A DNA stretch of 64,000 nt from Caecitellus pseudoparvulus (Eukaryota > Protista > Bigyra: Bicosoecida), in contig CBFFRQ010000057.1 of NCBI GenBank assembly GCA_965644315.1, positions 620,001-684,000 on the forward strand, written 5' to 3'. The notes under the pieces are model-generated. The model had not been told where the DNA came from. It saw only the letters and a list, made by a program, of their open reading frames with translations, and made no database searches. Below are positions 44,336 through 56,866 of this stretch, one piece after another (positions within the stretch are counted from its first letter, which is position 1; each line of letters starts with the position of its first letter). Both the position numbers and the translations under genes were made by a program.

Positions 44336-47300
44336 GAGGTTTGGCCGCATGCCGACCCAGCTCACAAAGCTTCCAAGCTGAGTGAGGGTTGAGCTCCTAT
44401 CCCAGGCAGTCTTCATTCCTACCTCCTTGCATTCATGGCATCAAGTGTGCAGACGGTGTGGCGGTGAGTGCAGCCGAGAAGGACACGAGCCAGCGGTCGC
44501 CGCGACGAGCGCCAGGCGATGTCCAGGCGCTGGCTGCAGACGCCTGCCCAGAGGCAACGGGCGGCAGGCCGCCACACGAGCGAGCGCACGTCAATCTCAT
44601 CGCCCTCTCCAGGAAAGTGCCCATTCCATCCAAGGCGTGGACGCCGCCCGTGAAGGAAGGCTACGCAGCAGTGCACATTCAGGTGAGCGGTGGGCTTGTC
44701 ATGCGTGCCGGCGGATCGGCAGCGTCCACGGCACCTTTCAAACCTTGTACAGGGTCGAATATTCATCATTGGCGGTATTGGTGGAGGCGGGACTCGCGAT
44801 GGGGCTGAAGAATCGCCTCTCGAAAAGCCTGGCCTGCCTGTCGCGAGCGACGATCGTGCCTCTGGCGGCATTGTCAAGGGCTCTGCGGCAGTGGCTCCGG
44901 CAGGGGACAGCTTCTCGCACACGAACTCCGTGTACATGTACGACGTAGCTGCTGCTGAGTGGTGCGTTTGCCCCCGCCTGCTTCGCCTGGTCGCATCTGT
45001 GCCACGCCCAAGATCGTGACTTGCCACAGGTCCTTCGTGCGGACGAGTGGACCCGCCCCGCCACCACGCTCCAGCCTCGCCGCCGTGGCTGTGGGGCACT
45101 GCATCTTTGTGCATGGAGGAGAAGGCCCAGAGGCCTCTACACGAGCCAAACAAGCCGGCCCCCAGGCGGGTTTGCGCAGCGTATCCCGAGCCGGAGCGGC
45201 GTCTGATTCACGGCAAGGCGCTCATGGCGCGGAGGACGCTGCACTGGAGCTGTTCGGAGACGTGCACGTGCTGGACACACGCAGCATGACCTGGTCTGCC
45301 GCCCGCCCCAACGCAGTCATCGCGGACTTCTCAGAGGACTTGCTGCAGTCCAGCATGGCCGTGGCAGCACCTGCACAAAGCCCTGTCGCGCGGCAGGGCT
45401 CCCCCTCAACGGACGTGCCGCCACTGCTCATCGCGTCCCCCTCCAACAGAGCCCTGAAAGCAGCTGATGCTCGCGAACGGCACCGCCTCCTGCGCCTGGT
45501 CGCGACTCTGGCCTCGCCCTTGCTGGTCGCGGGCGTCTTGAACGCTCTGCGCCAACACTACGCTTGCACGACCCGAGGCACTTCGCCTGAGGGCCAGCCG
45601 CTGTCTGATCTAGACGTGCGGGACGTGCTGGCCAAGATGGTCAAGAGCCGCGACCTGGCCGCGGGGGGCCCTGACGCTGCGCCGGTGCAAGCCGGCCCCC
45701 TTCCCTCCCCCGTTGGTCGCCGCAGCCAAGCCCAGTCGCGACAGACGGGCCGCACAGGCGTGTCTGGAGTGTCTGGCTCGGTCCTGCCCCCAGACCACCC
45801 GTACCGCCACACAGCCCTGCGGCGAGCCCGGGGCGGTTTGCTCCTGCTCCCAGAGCTCATGGCCGATGCGGCAGTCGCGGACGCAGCTGCAGCAGAGGCT
45901 GCAGCGGCTGCTGTGTTGCACAGCGCCACAGCTGCCTTGCCTGAAAAGACCTCCAAGCCCAACATGGCCACAGAGTTGCAGTCCTTCGCCCGCGTTGACA
46001 TTGGTGTACCAGTGCCAGACAGCGTCGTGGCAGCAGTGGCAGGGGATTCCTCCCTCATGCTGCAGCTGTGCAACCAGCTGGCGTCAGCGCTGTCTCCGCT
46101 GGCGGCTGTGCCCGAGCCACGCCACGCGCACACGTTGGTGTCCTGGGCAGTGGGCGCAGGGGCCTGCCCCCTCCTGGTACTGTTCGGCGGCATGTCGCGC
46201 AGTGCCTCCCTGTCCAGCGCAAACATGCGGGGCGGCCTCACCTCCTCTGCCAGCCGCCGCAACATGCAGGTGCCCAACAACGACGTGCAGCTGTTTGACG
46301 TCAACGCGGGGGTGTGGATGAAGGTGCCCATTGCGGGGGATTCCGCCCCCGCGCCTCGTGGGTACCACGCCGCGGTCATGCTTGGCAACCGCCTCGTAGT
46401 CTTCGGCGGGCTGGGGGACTCTGGCGTGCTGGGGGATGTCTGGGCCCTGGACTTAACGCCGCTGGCGCACTTGCACTCCTTGGCGGGCAGCGTCGTGCAA
46501 GCCCGCGTGAACGAAGCCACCGAAGCAGTGCTGGGCATGCACGGTCTGACGTCAAAACGCGGCAGCAGCCTGCCAGGTGCCCGCGGCAGCGGCGGCAGGG
46601 CCACCTCCCCAGGCCCTGGCACCCCAGCTAGTAGCCTGCCTGCATGCTCCTGGACCTGCCTCTTCAACGCCCCAGGCCCCGCTGAGCTGGCGATGCAGGT
46701 GCGCCACCGGCGTGTCACCGCCATGCGATCAGGGTTGGACATGGTGGAGGGGGGTGCGGACGTCGGTGGTGTGGAGCGGGACATGACTGCGTCTGCCTTC
46801 TCAACCAGCCAGGCAGTGGGGTGGCAGGGAGCGTGGGGCCCTGGTGCCGTGTTCGGCCACCGCATGGTGGTGGACCCATGGGATCCCGCGGCAGTGTTGG
46901 TGGGGGGCGGGCGGTCGTGGACGGGGGAGGGCCCTGCCACCGGCGCAGCCCCCCGTGCCACCGCCCTGGGCGCCATGCAAGTGTGGCGCTTCGACACCAA
47001 CGCAGCTGCTTGGTCCCCTGTCCCGGCACCGGGGGAGAACCGCACCAGCCCTGTGCCAGACACGTCTGGCTTAGTGGTGGCGGCAGTGTTGCGTGCACAG
47101 GCCTTTCACGCTGAAGGTGGCACGGCCCTGGCAGCTGGGGAGCTCCCGGCAGAGGAGGCCCCCCCTGAGGCGCCTGAGACAGGCGACGACGAAGGCAAGG
47201 ACTCCGGGGGCGCGAGTGAGAGCAAGGATGCAGGTGCTGCCGCCGAGCCAGGCGCGCGCAGTGAAAGCCGGGCCCTGCCTCGTTCCGTGTCTGCGCTGTC

Positions 47301-50300
47301 TGCGCTGTCTGGCCTCAGCTCCGCGGCCCCGGCACCCCGTGCCCAGGCTGAAGGCGAAGATGACCTGCCCCCACCACTCTTCGGGTTCGGCATGTTGTCC
47401 CTGTGGCCGGCTCCGTGCGACGTAGAGGTGCTCCAGCACTGGCGCAGCCACACGTCGGTGGTGTTTGGCGCCCGAGCAGCAGTTGGCATGCGCATCACAC
47501 AGCTAGCAGCCGCGGTAACGTCGGCGCCGGCAGGCGGGGATGAATGGGGCTCCCCGCGCCCGGACACTCCGAAGCAGCGCGGAGCCCAGCTCGCCCTGCC
47601 TGCTGGCGCTGCACACGAGGACGCTGTGACTGCAGCCGTGCCTGCGCCTACCCCAGCAGCCGTCGGACGGGGGCAGGCTCGGAGGCGTGCAGCTCAAGTC
47701 CTGGGCCCTGCCCTCTTGCCCCTCCTGCTGTCTGTTGGAGGCGACACCGATGGCTGGTCCAACCAGGCCAGCTCCAGGAAGGCCAGTGCCGCTCTGAAGG
47801 AGCTGTTGGGCTGCCTGGACTCCCTGCAGTGGACAGTGTCTGGCCACGGTTTCCGGGTGGAGGCCATGGGGCAAGGCTGGTTCAGGGTGCCCCCCGCCGG
47901 CTACGGCGGACCTTTCTGCCCGCGAGGGGACCTTGGCAAGCGGGTGCGGGTGTCTCCCTTGCGCCACCTCGGCGAGCGGGGTCTCGCCCTTGGCGCCGCG
48001 TACGACCTATCTCAGGAAGCACAAGGCGAACCAGGCTCTCCAGGCAGCCACCGCCGTGTCAGCACGGCGGGAGCTGCCCGAGCAGTGCTGGCAACGATCT
48101 CAGCTCGTTCCCTTGTCGGCACTGCGGAGCAGAAGGTGGAGTCTCCCACTGCCGGCGACGGTGGCAAGCGTGCCCAAGGTGAGGGTGGCTTGGCAGCTCT
48201 GGCGTTGGGAGCGCTGCGTCGCCCCTCTGCCCGAGCACCCGGCTTGGCCAGTGGCAGGGTGACCCTGGCGGACCTGGGCGTCTCGGAGGCCGAAGCTCGC
48301 ACCGTACCGGGAGGCCGCGTTCGGCGCCTGTTCGACCCCACCCCCGAGGAGCGCATCCAGCTGCTGGCCGAGTCGCTGTTTCGGCGTGTCGTGGTGCTGG
48401 GCGGCGTGCGCATGCCCAGTTCGCGTGCCGGAGTGGCTCCCGACCAGGCTTCCAGCCGGCAAGGCGCCCTGCCGTCAGTGGTGGAGGACGCCCCGGCACG
48501 GGAGGTGTCGAAAACCGACAGCGCTGCCACTCACGGCGTGCCCACTTCCCACCTAAGCCAGGCCTTGCAGGGCGTGCTGGCCCGGAGAGAGGGTGAGGAT
48601 TACGATGCCTGGTTCAAGCGCGCCAACGACGACCCTCGCCTGTCCGACATCTGGCGGCACAGGCAAGCCCTGGCAGAACAGCGCTCCCTGCAGCGCAGGC
48701 GGGGCCGCCCAGTGGACGGGGAGGTTGTGGTGGCCCCCTCCTGCCTGCAGGCGGCCAAGCTGGCTTCCAAGGGGGGGCTGTCCCAGCGTGGCTTCTTGCC
48801 CCTCACCAGCATCTTTCACCTGTGCTGCGCGCCCCCTGCTCTGCAGGGCCAGCCAGACGCCTCCGGCGTGGAGGACCGCCCTGCAATTGGACAAGGGGAC
48901 GCTGCCGCTGTGGATGGGGGGGATAATGTGGACTTGCCCGCACGGCGCCTGGCGCGTATCGCCTCAGCTGGACTCATGTCCGTGTCAGAGGTGACGGACG
49001 AGGGCGCAGTGGCAGCAGCACTGCTGCAGAAGGGTCGCCGGACGCAGGAGCTGGCGGACGTGCGGCGACCAGACCAGCTGCGCAGTTTGCGCCCGCCAAG
49101 CGTGGGGCGCTTTCGCCCTCATGAGGCGCCCGTCGTGCCGACGCCTGGTAAGGCAGCAGCAGGCGGTAGTGGCCCGGCGTCCACTGCCGCGGGGCAGCGG
49201 GCACACGCGCGGCATTTGGTTCCATCTGCGCTGCCCGACACGCGCACGGCGCAGACGCTGGTGCAGATCCTAGTGAACGAGGTGGAGGGCGAGGAGGAGG
49301 TGAAGGGCTCTGGCCGAGGGCTGCAGTTCCCCCGCAAGGAGCCCCTCTTGGTGGCGTCCTCCACCACCAGCACCCTGGCAGCCCTCCTCAAGCGTGACGC
49401 CAGGGCGGATGCGGCGCGGTCGGAGCAGGTGCGCGCCATCCTGCCTTCTGCCATGGTGCGACGCTTCCCCACTGGAACGCAACTGCAAGGTCCCGTGCCG
49501 GAAGGCACCCTGATCAAGGCTGCCAAAGCCGCTCGCCGCGCTGAGGCGGCAGCCAGTCGAGAGGCGCTGGCCGCCCTCATGGGCGTGCAGACGCAGCCGG
49601 TGATGGATTCGCGTCTGAACAGCGGCGCGCCCGTCGTGGCTGCGGAGGCCGCCATGGTGGGCGGCGCCGTCCGCTTCCCCCCCACTGCACTGAGTTTGCA
49701 CCGCCCAGAGGACCGGCCGCCACCCCCGTCGCGCATGCACACAAGTGCCACCAGCCTGGGCTCTGGCGTGCCAGCTCTGCAGGCCACCATGTCAGCTCAC
49801 CAGGCCCTGGTGCCTTCTGCAGCAGCCCAAGACGCCAGCCGGCCTCGTGGGCTGGTGTCTCCGCTGTGCATGCCAGGCCCAAGTACTACATCTCTGGGCG
49901 CAGGAGATTCCCTGGGAGCGGCCAGCTCGGCGTCCTTTCTCCGAGTCCCACCAGAGGCCGGGTGCCGGTATGGCATGGCGGGCTCCGAGGCTGACGTGGC
50001 GGCTGAGGAGTGGCTGCAGGGCGCCAGCCCCAGATCTGGCAGGGAGGGGCCCGATGCACGGCCCACCACTCCCCAGCAGAGGGCCAGCATCACCGCCGAC
50101 GACTCGGATGATGAGGCGCTGCCGCCTCCGAGTACATTCCTCGCGGATGTGGCCAGCGGCTCCATCTCTGCGGTGGATGTCGTACCAGGGTGGACGGCCC
50201 CCCCCAAAGCCGCTGACATCGTGGCCATGCGCCAGCGTGAGGCCCGGCGCCTGCGCAGCCGGGGCGGAAGCAGGGCTGCAAAAGCGCAGACCAGCCCCAA

Positions 50301-52074
50301 GATCACCTCCACGGCGCCGTCACGGGCCTTGGCCATCGCGCCCATGGGCGCAGAACGACAACGCCCCTCCCGTGTTCTGCACCCCGCCCTTGTTCAGAGC
50401 ATGAAGGCGTCTGTGCGGCGGGAGCAGACCAAGCAGCACCGACGGGACATGCAGAGCCAGCGGGGGGAGCGGGGGACTGCACAAGCTGACTCCGCTGGTG
50501 ACCAGGGGCGCACTCTGGCGCAGCGGGAGGTGCTGGGCGCCCCCACATCCACCATTGAGTTGGGTCCACCCGGCGGCGCACCAGGCCAGCCAGCAGAGGA
50601 GGGCGGCGGCGTCTCGCCCCGATTCACCGTCGCGGGGGCCTCGGCGCTCCTGCACGTAGAGCGCTATGCCGGCGACCTGGAGGCTTTCGGCGGCTCGAAG
50701 GATGCGGAGGAGAAGGGAGGCGCTGGTGCACCGGTGCGCGCTCGTCCCGGCCCCGGGTTTCTCCTGGACGGCCAGGTGGCTGATGTGAACGAAGGTGCGC
50801 GGCGCGGGATCGGCGGCAGCATCCCCTTCTCGGCACCACCGCGTCAGCGCTCCGCCATCGTCAGCCCGTTGAAGGCGGGCGGCAAGGCAGGTGCCTCCCT
50901 GTGGTTGTCAGCTGCTGACGTCGTTGTGGCTGAGCGCAGCAAGCGGGCCCACCCAGGAGTCTCGGCAGCTGCAGCTGCTGCGACGGGGGACGGTCTGTCA
51001 GCGGCCCAGGCGGCGTATGTGGGAGAGGGCAAGCGAGCTGGCAAGCGAGCGGGCGCGCGCGTGCCTGGTGACGTGCGTGGCTTCGTGACTCCCCGCAGCG
51101 AGGAAGGTGGCCCGCCGTTGGTGCGTGCAGCCAACAGCGCAGGGGTTGGGCGCAGCCTGCGTGCCCGTGGCACTGCCCCTGCTGGCCGTTCACTGCTGTC
51201 AGTGCACCAAAGCACTGAGCGCACGCTGCGCGCTGCCGCTCATGGAGCCGCCTCAGCGCCACGCCTTCGGGATGTCGAGCAGGGCATGGACGACGAGACA
51301 GTGAGTGAGCTGGCCAAGTACGGCATGTTCACTCTAAAGGACACGTTACAGAGCCGGGTTGTGCCCGCCCTCGGGTCTCGCCGACCGCACTCAAGCAGAG
51401 CTGGCCTGTCAGAAGCCATGCACGTGGCGCTGGGCGGCAGTGACTCCATGGCCAGTGTGGGCGCTGGAAAGCGCATCAAAGGTGACTCGGACGTCGCCCG
51501 GGCCGCAAGTGTCGTGCGTGGGCTGGAAGTGGGGGACACGGGCGCTGGCCTACGCAGTGCATTGCAGGGCGACAGTGACTCAGACGAGGAGCCTCTGGGC
51601 CGCACCCAGGCCGGTGATGGTGGCGCACAAACTGCCAAGGCAAGCCACTCCGGCTCCAAGTTCAGCATGGCCGGACCAGCCGGCAGCGTGGCGCCTGGCT
51701 TTGCCAGTGCCAAGTCGTTGGAGGCTGCCCAACTGCTGGAGGCAACGACGCGGGCCGCAGCGTACGTGGCGGGGAAGCGGGGACCAACGACAGGCGGCCT
51801 GCCCGATGCAGCCTCGTCACAAGTTCGAGTGCACGGCGTGACAACGCCTGCTCGCATCAAGGCTTTGCGAGTGCGCGGCGCAGCCACTTCAACTCCGCCT
51901 TCCAAGCAAAAGCGCGACCCCAACGCAGCCAAGACTGGTGGACGGGAGCAGGCCAGCGCCATGTTCGTTGCCAAGCAGCCTGTGCTGAGTGCTTTTGACA
52001 AGCCCATGCCGCGGCCCAGTCTCAGCACACTCCGCAAGCAGATGCAGGAGGAGCGCCGCAGCGGAGCTAGGTAG
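44336..52074 (+). CDS. Very large (>2400 aa) Kelch-repeat protein with long low-complexity insertions; 5' end not resolved
   Basis: Kelch blades GRIFIIGG...NSVYMYD...W, PPPRSSLAAVAVGHCIFVHGG...DVHVLDT...W, PEPRHAHT...LVLFGG...NDVQLFD...W and PAPRGYHAAVMLGNRLVVFGG...DVWALD. At least three 5' introns; start codon uncertain. Confidence 0.75.
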
Positions 52075-52183
52075 GCGAAAGGGAGACCAGGCGGGTCCAC
52101 TGACAAACACCACGTCGCGATGGCAATGCACACACAGCAACATGGTCAGTGGGGGGCACAGAGTTCCGAACATCGCTGCCCAC

Positions 52184-53885
52184 TTACTGCCAGGCTGAGT
52201 CTTCGGGGTGTCGCGAGCGGGAGTCCACGCCCCCCGTTGTCGTGTAGCCATACGCGGCAGCAGTAGTGGTGTACTGCGCACTCTGTGACAAATCTGCATA
52301 CGTACCAGGATGATACGCCGCACTAACGCCGTACCCCTGCGAGCCATGGCCGGCATCGCTGTTGTATGGGTCGTCCATGAGATCGTACGTGGGCAGAGCA
52401 TCTTCTTGAGCTGCCTTGGAGCGACAGACACCGCAGGCATACATGCCAACTGCAATGAGGAAGCAACCAGCGCCGACGCCCACTCCAATGTACACCCACA
52501 GCCACTTGTCAACTGGGTGCTTCGGCAGCTTGTAGGATGAGGGCTGGGGCGGCTCAGAGCTCCCAGTGGGGGCTAGCCCCACCCTGTGCTGGTCCTGATC
52601 AAAGGCAGATGCAAAGGCAATCTGGAATGTGTCCCCCAGCAGCCACTCTCCACCCGGCAGGGTGGAGGGGATGCCATCCACCCGCAGCGCACACACATCC
52701 TGCCGCAGTGTGCAGGGGGGCCCGCAGCAGTAGTACTGCGAGGGCCGCAGCACAAAGTCATACAGGCCGTCACCTTGCACACCACCTTGCACGACGTGCA
52801 TGACAAAGGTTATGTTGGGCAGAGCTGGCAGCGCCGCTTGCGGGCAGGAGCCGGAGTACGAGTCGCAAGCATGCCCAGCCGCGCTGGATGCGAGCAGGAC
52901 CGCCTCAAAGAAGTCCTCAAAATCCTGGCCTGGCATGAGCAAGAGGGACGTGCCGGTGTCCACTACCCCAGGCACGGGCGCTGCGTTGGGGGTATCAGGC
53001 ACGAAGTCCATGGCGTCGTATGTGACGTCGCCGTCATCGCTCTCGCTGCGCCCGACGAAGGATGAGAGGACTACGTGGTAGAGCTGCACAGAGTAAAACG
53101 CGAAGGAGGACTTCCCGCGGGACAGCCGGTACTGCAGGGTCGGCATCCATGCCCAGGGGTGGCGGGAGTACGAGGAGTTGGCGGCACCCAGCGTCATGGA
53201 GCTACCTGCCTGCCCATGGCCAGACATGTAGAAGGAGAAGACACGTGGTTCGCCCGCTGCATCAGCCCAGCGCTGGAACCAGGTGGGGGAGGTGACGGAG
53301 GCAAGGGCAGGGTAGGCCAGGCCCAGGATGCCATCAGCTGCAAAGCCACAGGTCCACGGCTCCTGTGTGCCTGCGCCCGCCACGCCCAGGTCCAGGTCTG
53401 GAAGCGCCTGCCCTCCCAGCGTGACTGTGTCCGTGCCCACGGCCACGGTCACGTTCCCACTGCCATAGCCTAGGAACTGCTTTCGATCAGCGTTGTGCCA
53501 CGTCTTGCTGGCACCGGTGTTGAACAGGCTGTGCTCGTTCCGGCAGGAGGGGTTTGGGAACGGCACGTCTGTGCCGAGCACCCACAACTGCAGGAGGCGC
53601 GGGGCAAGTGTGCGGAGCACGAAGGGCCCAATCCAGCTGCGGTGGAGCACTCACATCAGAGGAGCCGGTGTCCAGCTGCACCTTGAGCTCTTGCCCGCCA
53701 ATCGTCAGCGTGGCGCCGTAGGCTAGATTGTCTGTGTTGTCTACTGGGACCAGGCCAGAGGCAAGGCGCCGCCTCTGAAATGTCGAGCGGATACGAGTGA
53801 GGGGCAGGGACAGGGGGACTGCATGGATGCCTTGGACACACAACCAGAGGCCTACTGCGAGGCGTAGTAGTGAAGTGGGTGCCAT
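52184..53885 (-). CDS. Pepsin-family (A1) aspartic protease with signal peptide and C-terminal TM anchor
   Basis: VQLDTGSSD|LWV (intron 53654-53588), YGSG, DGILGLAY, VVDTGTS and WLLGDTF, then TM WLWVYIGVGVGAGCFLIAVGM and a Tyr-rich tail. Confidence 0.92.
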
Positions 53886-53917
53886 CTCCGGCTCTTTGCA
53901 CTTGGGTGAAATCTCAG

Positions 53918-53927
53918 CAACTTCCGC
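53918..53927 (-). promoter_or_regulatory. GCGGAAGTTG element upstream of the aspartic protease ATG
   Basis: 32 nt before ATG 53885 on the minus strand. Confidence 0.55.
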
Positions 53928-54235
53928 GCAGCAGCAGCACAAGCCACGCCTTGGCCACACCCAGTGCACCGAGGCTGGAAGGGAGGCGCAGAGAAAGTAA
54001 GCCGAGTACGTAGAACACAGCAAGTCTAGTGTGATGTTGTGGTCTGTGCACTTTGCACGGCGGGCGTGTTTCGCCCAGCGACAGGGGGTGGCTGGCCTTG
54101 GCAGCCGCCTTCCCCGAGAATGTGGGTCCTGGCGCACAAAGTCCTCGCTGCACCACATCCATTCTTGCAGGTTGCATAGCCATCGCTGACGACCCCAGGA
54201 CTTGGACGGCAGCCCACCAGCCTTTTACGCACAGC

Positions 54236-56224
54236 ATGTCCGGACTGCAAGCTGCAGCCAAGGCCCGCGTGGCCTCGGCAGCGCGCCGCATTTTCGGGGA
54301 CTTCGAGCTCACGAACGGCGCTGGGACTGGGCGCAAGTACCTGAAGGCGGTGAACCGCGCACATGGTGTCCTGAAGTACACCCCCGATCAGATGCGCGAC
54401 TTCAACTTCGCCGGCCTGCCCCACGCCAAGGCGCTCTTCCAGTATGACTACAAGCAGTACCTGAAGAGCCAGGGTGACGCGAAGTATGAAAAGCTGAAGG
54501 AACGAGACGGCTTCCACCCTGACATCCACGACGTGCACAAGGCACACCAGCTGAATGCTGTTAAAGAAGAGCACGATGTTGGCGTGGGTGAGGTGCTGCC
54601 TGAGGAAGTGGCGTCGTTCAGCGCTGCTGCGGAAAAAGGGCAGCTGGTTAGTGCCGTCAGTTTGGTTGAGAGCATCGTGCAGCGCCTGGAGGCGGCCGCC
54701 GAAGGTGCAAAGGAGCAGGAAGCCGCAACTATCGAGGCCCTCCTCTCCTCCCAACGGAGCAGGCTGGAGACCTTGCAGAGTGCGCTGGAGGCACTGCCTG
54801 AAGGTGATGGCGAGGAGACGGTGCCCGAGGCCGCTGCTGCTGCTAACTCCATCGCTGCCATCGACCCCACTGCCCTAATGGGCCCTGGTGCAGTGGACTC
54901 CAAGGCATTCCCAGGCTACACCATGTATGCCATTGCACGGCAGCGACTTGGCAGCGCCCCCTCCGCCGGGACTGCCTCTGCCTCCAGCGACCAGAGCAGC
55001 CATCATGATGAGGCGAGTGGAGCAGCCGCACCAAGGGCAGCAGCTGCAGCAGCCCTGGCGCAGTACTTCCAAGCCATCGTGCCAGCACCTCTGCACACCT
55101 TGGATCAGTACAAGCCAGGCGCTATCCCGGTGCTGGCCCCGCCCACCCCCGCCGACGCAGCTGCCGCTGCCCCCAGCATTGACTCTGGCGATTACGACGA
55201 GGCGCTGCAAGCTGCCGCCCGTGGCGTGGAGGGCGACGGTGTGGAGGCCGCCCTTCAGGCCCTGCTCGCCGGCACGGCCGCGGCAGAGGACCCCGCCGGC
55301 TTGGAGGCGTGGGCGACCACCATGGTCTCCGCATCCCTCCTGCACACCTTTGTGACGTGGCTGGCAGCTGTGCGGCCCAGCGCAGCGCCAGCCTCTGTCG
55401 GGGCCCTGGACCTGGAAAAGTACGTGCCGGGCCTGCACTCTGACGTGGGGTCCCTGGAGCTGCCGCTGTCCGCCTTAGGCACAGATGAGGCTGCCCTGCC
55501 GGCCCTGCTCAGCGCCCTGCTGGCAGATGCGACGCCCTTCGCGCAAGACGAGCGGCAGCTGGCCGGCATGCCCACTGGCGGCATGGTGACGGAGGAGGAC
55601 CTGCGACTGGAGGAGGCTTGCGCTGCCACCGTTCTGGACGGCGCCGTGGACGCTTGGCAGTCGCCCACGAGCTTGTTGGAGGCTGCCGCTGAGGGTGGCG
55701 TGACCGCCCTCCCTCCCTCCCTGCGCACGCAGCTGCGAGTGCAGGTGGTGGACCATCTTATGCAGGCGGTGGCCGTCTTGCGGGGTGATGAGTGGGCACA
55801 GGCAGACACGCTGGGGGTTGGGCAAGGCCTGACTGCTGAGCAGGCCTCCGAGCGAGTGGAGCACTTCCTGTCCTGGCTGCTGCCTTGGGCAGGCGAGGCG
55901 AAAGCGTTGCAGGACAAGGCCCGCTTGGCAGCCGTCTTTGCCGTGCAAGACTGGGTTGCCGCTGGCTCTGAGAAGGTGGACGCGTGGGAGGCAGCGGTGG
56001 AGGCTGACGCTGACAGCGAGGTGGCGGCGAGTGTGCCCGTGCTGGCCACTGGGGAGGCAGTGCGGTCTGCTGGCATGCGGCGCCTGCAGCACCTGTGGCG
56101 CACTGTGCAGTACCCCACGACGGCCCATGCCCTGGACGCCTACGCAGTGCATTTGGTGACCACAGACAGGCACCCGCTGGCCCTGGACCTGGCCCTGCCT
56201 CTCGGCCAGGCTGAGCGGGCGTAG
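54236..56224 (+). CDS. Protein with an N-terminal mitoribosomal mS33/Rsm27-like motif and a long acidic Ala-rich extension (662 aa)
   Basis: N-terminus ARRIFG...NG.GTGRKYLK......VLKYTP resembles the mS33 pattern RIFG...G.RTG.K.L......V..YYP. The remainder is unrecognised. Confidence 0.5.
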   Translation: MSGLQAAAKARVASAARRIFGDFELTNGAGTGRKYLKAVNRAHGVLKYTPDQMRDFNFAGLPHAKALFQYDYKQYLKSQGDAKYEKLKERDGFHPDIHDVHKAHQLNAVKEEHDVGVGEVLPEEVASFSAAAEKGQLVSAVSLVESIVQRLEAAAEGAKEQEAATIEALLSSQRSRLETLQSALEALPEGDGEETVPEAAAAANSIAAIDPTALMGPGAVDSKAFPGYTMYAIARQRLGSAPSAGTASASSDQSSHHDEASGAAAPRAAAAAALAQYFQAIVPAPLHTLDQYKPGAIPVLAPPTPADAAAAAPSIDSGDYDEALQAAARGVEGDGVEAALQALLAGTAAAEDPAGLEAWATTMVSASLLHTFVTWLAAVRPSAAPASVGALDLEKYVPGLHSDVGSLELPLSALGTDEAALPALLSALLADATPFAQDERQLAGMPTGGMVTEEDLRLEEACAATVLDGAVDAWQSPTSLLEAAAEGGVTALPPSLRTQLRVQVVDHLMQAVAVLRGDEWAQADTLGVGQGLTAEQASERVEHFLSWLLPWAGEAKALQDKARLAAVFAVQDWVAAGSEKVDAWEAAVEADADSEVAASVPVLATGEAVRSAGMRRLQHLWRTVQYPTTAHALDAYAVHLVTTDRHPLALDLALPLGQAERA

Positions 56225-56233
56225 GCGCAAGGC

Positions 56234-56710
56234 TCACTTGCTCAGCAACTGCTCAATGATACCCTCCACACCCTTCTCTACCAACGCCACCACACCGGCA
56301 TGCCCCCCCTCGTAGTACGGGTCAGGCACGTCCGTGACACCCTCCTCTGGGCAGTAGCTGCAGAACATGCTGAGCTTGCTGTGGTGCTCGGGGGCAAGCA
56401 GTCGCTTGAGGTCGTGCATGTTACTGGTGTCCATGGCAATGATGTGGTCATACAGTGCCCCGTCTGCCTTATTTACTTGGGAGGCTGTGTGCTCGCTCAA
56501 GTCGTACCCTGCAGCCTTCGCAGCGCGGACCATGTTGCTGTCGGCGCCTTCGCCAACGTGGTGGCTGCAGGTGCCAGCAGAGGCGATGGTCACTGGCACG
56601 CCAGCAGCCTCTGCCTTGTCCTTCAGCACCCAGTGTGCGACGGCGGAGCGGTTGATATTGCCCAGGCAGACCAAGAGGACGGAAGGTGCTGAAGCGCTGC
56701 TCGACGCCAT
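56234..56710 (-). CDS. Low-molecular-weight protein tyrosine phosphatase family
   Basis: VLLVCLGNINRS (CX5R), SAGT, YDHIIAMDTSN and DVPDPYY. Confidence 0.93.
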   Translation of the reverse strand: MASSSASAPSVLLVCLGNINRSAVAHWVLKDKAEAAGVPVTIASAGTCSHHVGEGADSNMVRAAKAAGYDLSEHTASQVNKADGALYDHIIAMDTSNMHDLKRLLAPEHHSKLSMFCSYCPEEGVTDVPDPYYEGGHAGVVALVEKGVEGIIEQLLSK

Positions 56711-56866
56711 GGCGAAACGCCCACTGATGCAGCTGCACACGAAGGAGACGCGGCAACTAACGCGTAAACAAAATCAACAGTGCACCGGAGTCAGAATTGA
56801 ACACGCTGCCCGCGCACATTGGTCGGTTTTCAAGTTGCTTCACCAGAGGCTTTTGATCGGGGTGGC

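Noticed and set aside
9595-56710. Arsenic-metabolism cluster (methyltransferase + TIGR04283-like GT + LMW-PTP/ArsC fold)
   Set aside because: The genes are 20-25 kb apart among housekeeping genes, the methyltransferase shows no ArsM-type Cys pattern, and the phosphatase has the DPYY motif of LMW-PTP rather than ArsC features.
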